From: Camelus dromedarius
Lineage: Eukaryota
Direction of reading: 5' to 3'
DNA length: 64,000 bases
Assembly (NCBI RefSeq): GCF_036321535.1
Contig: NC_087437.1
Coordinates: 65,412,001 to 65,476,000 of the forward strand
The position numbers were made by a program, and so were the translations under genes. Each line of letters begins with the position of its first letter. Position 1 is the first letter of the stretch. A model generated the notes under the pieces. It did no database searches. It worked only from the letters and a program-made list of their open reading frames with translations, and had not been told where the DNA came from. Of this stretch, positions 53,600-64,000 are shown piece by piece.

Positions 53600-56500
53600 A
53601 AATATTCTTACTTTTAAAGATTCAAACAATAAATATAAAATGAAAGCTCCATTTAATCAACCCACTGTATGCCAATCCCCTTTTCAGATTACTTCCATTA
53701 ACAATTTTGTTTATATCCTTTTTGACCTTCCATGTTTTAATAAGCAGATATCTGTTCTATAGCTTTCTTATTTTCACTAAAATATGTCTAAGATTTTTTT
53801 TGCTATGTTCTTTAACCTTTGCATTGTATTCTATGGTACAAAAGAAACTTTTTTTTTAAAGTATCTTCCTATTTATAGACTTTTATATAGGTTCTAAATA
53901 TTTTGTTATTCCATATAATTATGCAAGGAACATCCTTCTACAAACTTTGTGCATAAGTGAGAGAACCCAGAAATTATTAAAATTTCACTAAGATTATGTT
54001 TTCAGGGTCAAAATATAAGCTTAGTTTTATTTTAAAAGATTAAATAGATATATAGGTGAGAATCCACTTTCTCACACTGGTAACAGAAAATATTAGCAAT
54101 CTTTAAATATTTGCCCATAGCCAATTTTTTTTGCCTATAGCAAAAAAACACAAAAAAACAAACAACCCCCAGCCACATAAAAAAAAACGATTTGCCAATA
54201 GCAAAAATAGCTTTTCTGTTATTTCATCTTTCTTTTTCCTCATTGCTGGTGAAGTTAAGAATCTTTTCATATTTATTAGCCATTTGTATTTCTTTTGTAA
54301 ATTATCTGTTTATATACTTTGCTTATTTTTTGATTGGGTTATTTTTTCCTGACAATTTACAGAAATTTAAAAAATGTATTCTGGGTGTTTATAACATGTT
54401 ACAGATAAACACATTTTGCATGGTAGAAATAATATCCTGCACCTTGACTTTATAAAATTTACTATATATTTTGGTAATTATTTATGAAAACTCATAGGAA
54501 GCTAATTTTTTAAATGGTTTCACAATATTTGTATGTACTCTAATTTATTTACATAGAATTTTGTTATGGACAATTAGGTTGCTTTTAGTCTTTTGCTACT
54601 AACGACAAAATGAATATCCTTTATAAATTATTTTGCACTCAAATGCTGAGTATATTTATGGGAAAAATTTCTAGAAATAAAATTATTCAATTAGTTAGAA
54701 AAATTTTCTTTATATTTTACTCTTTTATTCAAAGATCACATACATAAATGAAAGTGTACCTAATTGTACCCTTCAATGAATTATCACAAAGTGCAACCTC
54801 ATATAACTACCACTAGGTCAAGAAATAGAACGTTAGCAGCAGCTGCCTCATACTTCTCCTGATTATTATTCCTCTCTCCTCCCCCCAAATCTGACTTCCT
54901 ATATCAAAAATCAGTTTTGCTTGTTTTTAGAAATGTTTCACTTTTTTCTAATACATTGGTGCATGTAAATGAAGTTCATTCATTTTCATGGCTGTAGAAT
55001 TCAATCAGATTAATATAATTTATTTATTCAGACTACTCTGATGGACATTTGTTTGTAGTTCGGGACTATTACAAGTACAATAATGCTATCTCAAATAATG
55101 CTACTGTCTTTGGTGCATATGTGCTTGCATTTCATTGGGTATATACCTAGAAATGAAACTTTTGTTGTAGGGCATGCATACATAGGTATGCTAAAATAAG
55201 GTAAATAAAGTTAACAATTTTATAAAGTGGATTCATCAGTTTACCCTCTTAGCAGTGTTTGAGAGTTCTTGACACCCAATATGTTTGCAAACACTACTAA
55301 CATTACTAATGGGGATGTGTACCATTCATATATGTATATGAAAATATATTTGTCATTTAGATATCCTCTTTGGGGACATATTTGTTCAAATTCCTTCTGC
55401 ATTTTTTTCTATTGAGTTGTCTTTTTCTTGTTGATTCTTTTTACACCCGGGATAGGAGAACATTGTCAGATATAATTAATTCAAATATCTCTTCCTTGTC
55501 CTGACATTTCAGTCATTTAATGGTGTCATTTTTTTCCCAAGAAGTTCTTAATATTTTCCTTTATGGTTAATACTTTTTGAGAACTGTTGAAGAAATAATT
55601 CCTTAACCCAAATATTATGAAGATATTCTTCTATTTTCTAGAATCTTTGTGTACAGTGGAAGAGAAGAGACAAATTTCTTTTTTTCTATATAATTATTAA
55701 ATTGACTCTGTATTGTTTAATGGGTTGGGGGGGACCTGCCATTTCTTCCATTGCTTTGCAGAACCAATTTGGCTATATATGCTTGGATCTATTTCTGAGT
55801 TCTTTACTCTGTTCATTGGTCTATTTGTCTATCCCATGCCAATAAAAAGTCATAACGAATACACCTTTATTTAATAAGTCTTGTTTTTAAGTAGAGGGGT
55901 CTACTAACTTTTTTCTTTAATACTGTCTTAGCTAATTGTGGCCTTTTGCATTTGTCTATACATATCAGAACAAGCTTTAAACTTCAAGGGAAAAAAATCT
56001 GCTGAAATTTATATTGGTATTGTGGTAAATCAATAGATCAATTTGTGAAAAACTGACATCTTTACACTATTGCTGAATTTTTCATACTATGATTTAGGTT
56101 CTTCAATTTATCTTAAGTTTTATAGTCTTCTGTGTAGAAGCCTTAAATGCCTTTTATTAGATTTATTCCTAGATTTTTTATTAGTTTTATTTTGTACTGG
56201 ATGAAATCTTTATACAATTTTAGTTTGTTTTGTAAGTATATACAGATATAATTATTTTTACTTGAACTTTATATCCAGTAATCTTGTTAAGTTCAATTAG
56301 TAATTCCAATAATTTATCTGCTAAATGGCTTTTTCCCCACTTCTTTTGTTTCTAATCCATATGACTGATTTATTTTCCTTTCTCAGTACAATGAAAATAG
56401 AAGTGGTCATAGCAATCATCCTTGTCTTGTTTTTATCTCAGAGGTAAAGATTTCAACATTAAAGTATGAATAATATTTGCTGCCATCTGTCACACTAAAG

Positions 56501-56800
56501 AAATCTCCTTGTTTTAGTTAGTTGCTTCTTTTTAAACCATGAATAGATGTTGAATTTCAGAAAATGTTTTTCCTTTTTGCATATAATGGCTTAGTCGTAT
56601 GGTTTTTCTATGTTATCCTGATAATGTTATGATTTACACTGATTCATTTCAAACGTTGAACAAAACTTGCATTCCGGGTGCAAGCCAAACAATTATGTAT
56701 GTAATTTTTAATTGCTATATTTATATTTTGGTTGGGATTTTTCTATGTTCATGCATGATATGGATTTATAATTTTACTTTTTGTAATGCCCTTTTCAAGG
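53600..56800 (-). mobile_element. Degraded old antisense LINE-1s (L1ME-like)
   Basis: Antisense 3' UTR and ORF2 motifs (ggtcaagaaatagaac, ctgttcattggtctatttgtctatc). Confidence 0.7.
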
Positions 56801-59800
56801 TTTTTTTTATTTTTATTTTTAAAATTTTAATAGTTGATTTACAATATTGTGTTAGTTTCAAGTGTACAGTGTAGTGATTCAGTTTTTTAGTAGATATATT
56901 CCATTATAGGCTATTACAAGATATTGAGTATAACTCCCTGTGCTATACAGTAAAACCTTACTGATTATCTATTTTATGTATAATGGTGGTATTTGTTAAT
57001 TCCGTATTCCTAATTTGTCCCTCCATCCACCTTTGGTAACTGTACATTTGTTTTCCATGCCTGTGAGTCTGTTTCTGTTTTATATACAGATTCATTTGTA
57101 TTATTTTTTAGATTCCACATACAAAGTGATACCATATAGTATTTGTCTTTCACTGTATGGCCTGACTTATGTTGCTAAGTTTAATATTCTCTAGGCCCAT
57201 CCATGTTGCTGCAGATGGCAATATATCATTCTTTTTTATGGCTGAGTAATAGTCCATGGTACATACATCTTAAGCTAATTGTCTGTTGATGGGCACTTGG
57301 GTTGCTTCTGTGTCTTGGCTATTGTAAATAATGCTGCTATGAACATTGGGGTGCATGTATTTTTACAAATTAAGAGTTTTCATATTTTCTGGATATAGAT
57401 CCAAAAGTGGAAATTGCCAGATCATACAGTAGTTCTTTTAATTTTTTAAGGAAACTTCATACTGTTTTCCATAGTGGCTGCACCAATTTATATTACCACC
57501 AACAGTGTATAAGAATTCTCTTTTCTCCACATCCTTGCCAGCATTTAATATTTGTAGACTTTTTGATGACAGCCATTCTGATCAGTGTGAAGTGATACCT
57601 CACTGTGGTTTTGATTTGCACTTCTCTAATGATTAATGATGTTGAGCATCTTTTCATATGACTGTTAGTCATCTGTATGTCTTCTTTGGAAAAATATCTG
57701 TTTAAATCTTCTGCCCATTTTTCTAATTGGATTTTTTTTATATTGAGTTGTATGAGCTGTTTGTATATTTTGGATACAAACACTTATTGATTGTACAGTT
57801 TGCAAATATTTTCTCCCATTCCATAGGTTGTCTTTGTTTTGTTGATGGTTTCCTTTGCTGTGCAAAAGCTTTTATGTTTGATTGTTTATTTTTGCTTTGA
57901 ATGCTTTTGCTTTGGGAGACTAATCAAAGAAAATATTGCTACAATTTATGTCAAAGAAAGTTTCACCTGTGTTCTCTTCTAGGAGTTTTATGACTGGACT
58001 TTTGCTGCAGGGAGGGTTTTTTTTTTAATTATAGATTATATTTTACTTCTAGTGATCAATCTGTTCAAATTATCTGTTTCTCCTTGATTGAGTTCTGGCA
58101 GCCTATATGTTTTCTAGGAACTTTTCCATTTCTTCTAGGTTGTCCAATTTGTTGACATATAACTTCCTTCTTTCTCCTGACTCTGGGCTTTGTTTTTGTC
58201 TAATTCTTTTAAATGGTAGATTAGGTTGTTTATTTGAGATTTTTCTTGTTTCTTGATGAAGGTATGTATTGCTATGAACTTCTCTCTTAAAATTGCTTTT
58301 GCTGCATCCCATAGATTGTTTTAAGGTTGTATTTTCATTTTTCCATAGATTTTTTTAAGGTTGTATTTTCATTTTCATTTGTCTTAAGGTATTTTCTGAT
58401 TTCTTCTTTGATTCCATCATTGATCCATTGGTTTATTTTTGGTATCATGTTGTTTTATCTCCATATATTTGTTCTTTTCTCATTTTTCTTCCTGTAGTTG
58501 ATTTCTAGTTTTATACTGTTGTGGTGAGAAAAGATGATTGATATAATTTCTATTCTCTTATATTTGTTGAGGCTTGTTTCGTGACAAGTGGTTTGTTTTA
58601 GTACGTAGTCTATCCTAGACGGTGTTCCATATGCACTTGAAGAGAGTATGTGTGTATTCTGGATTTTCTGGATGTAGTGTCCTGTAGATATCAGTTAATT
58701 CCAACTGGTTTATTTTGTCATTTAGGACCCCTTTTGCCTTACTGATTTTCTGTCTGGATGATCTGTCCATTGATGTCAATGGGGTGTTAAAAGTCTCCTA
58801 ATATTATTGTATTATTGTCAGTTTCTCCCTTTATGTTAGTTAGTATTTGTTTTATATATTTGGGTGCTCCTGTATTGGGTGCCCCTCACTTTCAGTCTGT
58901 GTGTTTTTTGCTCTGAAGTGAGTTTCTTGTAGGTAGCATACTGCAGGTTCAATTTTTTTTCTCTCTGTATCTTCTGATTAGAGCATTTAGTCCCTTTATG
59001 TCAGTATTTGTTTTATATATTTGTGTGCTCCTGTATTGGGTGAGAATCTAAAGCCTATTCAGGGTGTGAAGCAGTACTTCCTCTCTGTTCTGTGGCTGCT
59101 ACCTTCCTTTCTGGGGTGAGGTCTGCTCCTTAGTTGTTGGAGTAAAAGCCCTGAGTGTTGTGCTCATTCAGTTTCTGTTCCCTTTGAGTGTAAGCTGGGC
59201 CCCAAAGTTGGGGAGTACCGAAGTAAATGAGGCCTGTGCAGTCACAGAGATCATTTAAATGAAATAAGCCAGAAAGAGAAAGAAAAATACCATATAATAT
59301 CACTTATATATGGAATCTAAAAAAAAACAGAAACAAAGGAACTTATTTAGATAAATAACAAGTTCATGTATAGTGCAGGGAACTATATTCAATAGCTTGT
59401 AGTAACTTATAATGAAAAAGAATATGAAAACAAACACTAGGCTGGGAGCAGGGACCGAGGCTTGCTGGTTCCCAGCAGTGCTTGAGTAAGTGGTGTCAGT
59501 GGTTGCTGCTGTGGTACCTGAACCATACCCCAGACCCCTGGGCTGTCTCTGTGTAGCTAGACTGAGTCTTTTCCCAGGACCCAGCTGGCCTAGATCCAAG
59601 CTGTGATGTGGAATGAGTGGGGTTGTGGTGTTTGTCCCGCTAGGATTGATGAGTGCAGTGAGGTAGCAGCCACCAATGCTGAGCTCTCTCCACCTGTTTG
59701 TTGGCTAGCCAACATCTGCACACTCTTCACAAATAGAGTGTAGGCTTCTCCAGCCCTTCTTTTTGTCCCAGCAGTTCTCCATGCAACCAAGGAGGCTTGT

Positions 59801-60112
59801 CTCCTCCATGTGGGAACCCAGGACTGGGATTTCCAGTCTGTGTCTTGACTTGCTCACTTCCCAGGTCAAGGGTCCATGCACACAGACCTCATCTTTTCAG
59901 TTCCCTCCCAGTGGTGGAGGTCCTAACCCTATGCCTTTTTTCTGCCCTACCCAGTTACATGGAAGTCTTTCTTTCAGCTTTAGTTATATAGGAGTTCTTT
60001 GACAGTTTCAGTTAGTTTTCCCACAAGACTTGCCCCACATGTAGATATAATTTTGATATGTTTGTGGAAGGAAGTGAGCTCCACATCCTCCTACTCTGCC
60101 ATCTTGATTCAA
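56800..60112 (-). mobile_element. Internally deleted LINE-1 with both ends and TSD cccttttcaa
   Basis: Poly-T and 3' UTR at 56800, ORF2 pieces (ORFs 57493..57783 and 58103..58312), GC-rich 5' UTR ending ctctgccatcttg near 60105; TSD at ~56789 and ~60114. Confidence 0.85.
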
Positions 60113-62014
60113 TCCCTTTTCAAATTTTGACATCAAGTTATGTTGGCCTCATAAAATGAGATAAATATGATTTCTACTTTCACAATTCTCAAAGATTCTG
60201 TGTAATACTGATGTTACCTATTTCTTAAAACTTTGGGGGAATTGACATGGATAACCACTTGAACTGGGGTTTGTTTTTTTTTTTTTTTTGGCAATTGAAG
60301 GTGTCTGTGAGGCAAGTGTCCAAGCTTTCTCATAGAAGTGCAGCTTCTTTCAAGACTCTATAATGACTAACACCCCTACAGTTACTTTACATGGGAAATA
60401 AGCTCTCTAACTGACTTATTCTAACAACCTCAGCTCCTGAACCTGGCCATATACCTTCACAGCCCTTAATTTTGGCATCCCTTTGCCTTCTTAGGTCAAC
60501 CTCTCAAGCAGGGAACCCTGAAATGGCTTGAGCTCAGCCATCTTCCATGGTAACTACTTGGGCAAGAGGATAAGCATATATTCTTGCAAAATCACACAAT
60601 GGGATTATCGGCTGTCCCACACTCCCTTCCTTTCCTCTCCTCATCCATCACGGGCTGTTCCTGCTAGCTTTCCTACCAAAGAATTTTTCAGTCAAGAAGC
60701 AAGCTTCCAATATCCATTTTCACACATATCTTCCAGCCCCTCAAGAATTCCAGGAACACAATATTTTCTTTCAGGTAGTTCCCCTTTTAGCTGGCTTCAA
60801 GTAGTTCTCATGGAGATCGTGAAACTTAGCTTAGGGGCAGACTGGAGAGTACAGAAATAGAGTCAAACATATTTTTATAATGTATTATTTGATTTAAAAA
60901 AAGATTCCAAATTTAGAGGGGAAAGATGAAATATTCAGAAAGTGGTATTGGCATGACTCTTAGTCATCAGGAAAGAAAGAAAGTTTAATCTCTATTCCAT
61001 ACCTCCTACCAAAATACCAAAATAAACTCCAGATAAAGGCTTAAATATGTTAAAGAAGCAATAAATATAAGACAATATTCTGCATTATACTGAAGTGAGA
61101 AAGGCTTTTCTAAGTATGATACAAAATCCCGAGTTATAAAAGCAGAAAAAAATAGAATTACTTAAAATACTTTAAAAATGTATGCATGGATAAAACCACC
61201 CTAAACAAAGTCATAAAGCAAACAAAAGCAAGGAAAGTATTTGTAGGTTACAACACAGAGAAAGCTAACTTCCCTACTATGTAAACATTTTTCAAAATCT
61301 ACAAGACAAAGACACCAACTCTGAAAAAAAATGGACAAAGAATATAAACAGAAATGTCACAGTACAGAAAAAGATGTACAATTTCATTTAAGATACAAGG
61401 AAAGTGTTACAAGGAAACATTGCTGGTGGGAGTATAATTTGGTACAACTTCTATGCAGGGCTACAATCTAGGAATAAGGATTAATTAGAACTAAATTAGC
61501 TTTTAAAGGGATTACAATCCAACTTTCAAAGATAGGATGTCTGGTTGGATTATGCTGTTCTGAGCCTTCTACTGCCTCTTAGCTTAGACTGTCAGAGGAA
61601 ATGAAAATACTTTTTGGAGGATGATAACATCATTTAGAATGTCAAATTATCTCTATACTGTTCATATATATGTATCTATATATACACACAAAATAAAGTG
61701 TTTATATATGAGTGCAGCAAGGCAGCAGCCACCAATGATGAGCTCTCTCCACCCTGTTTGTTGGCAAGCCAACATCTGCACACTGTACAGGAATTATACC
61801 ACAATAAAGGTGTTTTTTTTTTAAAAGAAAGAACATAACCACAGTTTATATTAAAATTATTATTTTTCTTATACCATTTTCAATCTAATAAAAATCTAGG
61901 TAAGGACTTCTTTCCATTTATAGAATTTCACTTAAGTATTTTAAAGGAAACATTTAAATATATCAAACATATTAGATAAATAACACAAATAAGAAAGAAC
62001 ATTTAGCTACTTAC

Positions 62015-62140
62015 ATTCCATATGCTGAGCTTACAGCAAGGCTAGTAATCTGTTGTGGAGGTTCACCATCCACCCATACCAACTGAATAACAAGTTCTGC
62101 TTGATACCCTGGAGGCATCCTCATTGGTCGTGTCTTAACA
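62015..62140 (-). CDS. STXBP5L: Tomosyn-2 (syntaxin-binding protein 5-like) internal coding exon, 126 nt, phase 2-2
   Basis: Reverse complement reads ctccttttctctag|TGTTAAG...GGAAT|gtaagt. It translates to VKTRPMRMPPGYQAELVIQLVWVDGEPPQQITSLAVSSAYG(I), a recognisable tomosyn-2 sequence, and joins the 39346-39497 exon in frame. Confidence 0.97.
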
Positions 62141-62179
62141 CTAGAGAAAAGGAGAAAAAATAATTGTATCAACCATGAC

Positions 62180-63110
62180 CATTAATCTACCACCCAGCTT
62201 AAGAGTTCAACATATCCAAAACCTGAATTCTGCTATTTCCCTCTAAATTTGCTCTGCCTGCAGACTTCTCTATTCCAACTGCTAGCAACTCTTATTTTTC
62301 CAGTTATTCAGTTAAAAAACATTAAAATCATCCTTGACTAATACCCTTTTCTCAAACCTTACATCCAATCAGTTATCAAATGTAATTGGTGCTACCTTTA
62401 AAATATATGCAGAAGCTGACCACTTTTTACTTCTCTACTGCTACCATCCCAATCACAGTTGACAAATAAAAATACAGGATATCCATTTAAATCTGAATTT
62501 AAAATAAACAATAAATAGTAGGTTTTGTTTATTTGGTTTTTTTTTTTTACTGTACTTCCCATGCAATATTTGGGATATATTGATACTAAAAATGTTCATT
62601 GTTTCCCTGAAATTCAAATTTAGTGTATCCTGTTGTGTTTTGTTTTGTTTTGTTTTGTTTTTTGCTGAATCTCCCAGCCCTTAACATCATCTCTAGTTAG
62701 GTGCAAAACCCTCCTTACTAATCTTCCAGCTTCTACCCTCCCCAAATCCACCCTCACCATACCTACCAAAATGACCAATCTAAAATTTGAAACTTACAAT
62801 GTTATTTATTTAAAACCCTATAATGACTCCCCATTTAGTTAGGAATAAAAGCCAAAGTCCTTACAATGACCTATAATTTGCCCTCTTACCTGTCTGACTT
62901 TATTTCCTACTACCCTCTCCTCTACCTCCCACCATCCTTCCTTTGTTCTAGCTACAATGACCTCCTTATATGCCAGGCACTTTAGGCCTTTGCTCCAGCT
63001 GCTCCTGCTGCCTGGAATACTCTTCCACCAGATATTCTTCAGCTAACTCCCTCATTTAAACTTTCTGTTTAAATCACACTTCCTAATAAGGTCTATGAAA
63101 AACCCACCTT
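62180..63110 (+). mobile_element. L2 remnant interrupted by a MER53-like element
   Basis: ttcaacatatccaaaacctgaattc, aataaaagccaaagtccttacaatgacc, gcctggaatactcttcc. Confidence 0.75.
62455..62681. mobile_element. MER53-like palindromic hAT element
   Basis: caaataaaaatacaggat...tcccatgcaatatttggga...ctgaaattcaaattt...tatcctgt; imperfect internal inverted symmetry. Confidence 0.75.
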
Positions 63111-64000
63111 ACACACTAGGAAGCTCAAAGTAAAAAACACATATATATCAAATTGCACAAATGTGTATATTGATGAGACTTGTATGTAATATTGCAAAAA
63201 ATGAAGAGTTGACTGTAATGAAATGCTTATTTATTAGCTTATGTATTTGGAAATCTAAATCCAGCAAAGGAAAGTCATTTAGGGATGGATGTCAACAAAC
63301 AATTTAGTAAAGCATAGACTATATGCAACTCAAGAACCACTGGTAATATACTGTAATTCACAGAATAATATACTTGGTGAGTTTTGCTGCTTGGTTCCTA
63401 GAAGCTTACATAGGATTATACTGAATTGCTCTATTTGGTTCTCTTGATAATTCTTAAGCTTGTCACTACTACTTTTCAAGTCAGCATTAAATGCTACAAC
63501 ATATATTATTACTTACTTCATCTCTACTACCAGATTTTTGTTGATTTTACTGGATTTTCTCTTTTATCCCTATCTTTTATCTTTTTTAAGTTTTATAGAA
63601 AAATATTTAGGTCATTCAAGGACCCACTTTTGTGATGGTTCCTCTTAGTTGGAAAATCAATCTACAGCCCTTTCTTAAGCTTTGTTTACTTTTTTGCTCT
63701 CTGTCTTTCATTTTAATAGAAATCAATTAAGTGAAGCAAAGTGATATGAAAGAAAAATTAAATATGTAAAATGATAAATTATGAAAGTTTTCTACTTGCT
63801 AAAATGTAATGATTTTGTTTACACTTCATAGATTTTCCTCTCAGTAATGCCTGTTTATATTTCCCTTTTTATCTCACAAGAAAAATTTGGGGCAGGGGAA
63901 ACAATGATTACAAAAGTATAGCAACTGTTAATTGTATGGCAAACAGATTTTGCTCCTAAAACCTTATCTTATATTTTCCATAAGTGTTTTTATAAGAAAT

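Noticed and set aside
1..64000. CRISPR arrays, operons or prokaryotic defence systems
   Set aside because: The sequence is mammalian intronic DNA, with no repeat-spacer arrays or long intact ORFs.

Overview
This is AT-rich, repeat-dense mammalian genomic DNA. It is most likely camelid, because it contains two camelid-type tRNA-derived SINEs. The whole window lies inside STXBP5L (tomosyn-2), transcribed on the minus strand. Four recognisable coding exons (62015-62140, 39346-39497, 37410-37481, 25467-25532) splice in frame and encode the entry into the tomosyn hypervariable domain. The introns hold nested LINE-1s, L2/MIR remnants, Tigger/hAT DNA transposons, ERVL LTRs, an ERV-L pol fragment and a decayed ARPC1A processed pseudogene (~9511-11095). 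The most notable signal is a clean 51-nt, phase 1-1 cassette exon at 14635-14685 (minus) encoding VKGSRKLSLPTDLKADL. It is paralogous to the tomosyn-1 (STXBP5) segment carrying the PKA and SUMO sites and is not in the canonical tomosyn-2 sequence as I recall it. Several weaker phase-1 candidate cassette or poison exons lie in the same introns. Repeat family names and most repeat boundaries are by-eye estimates.
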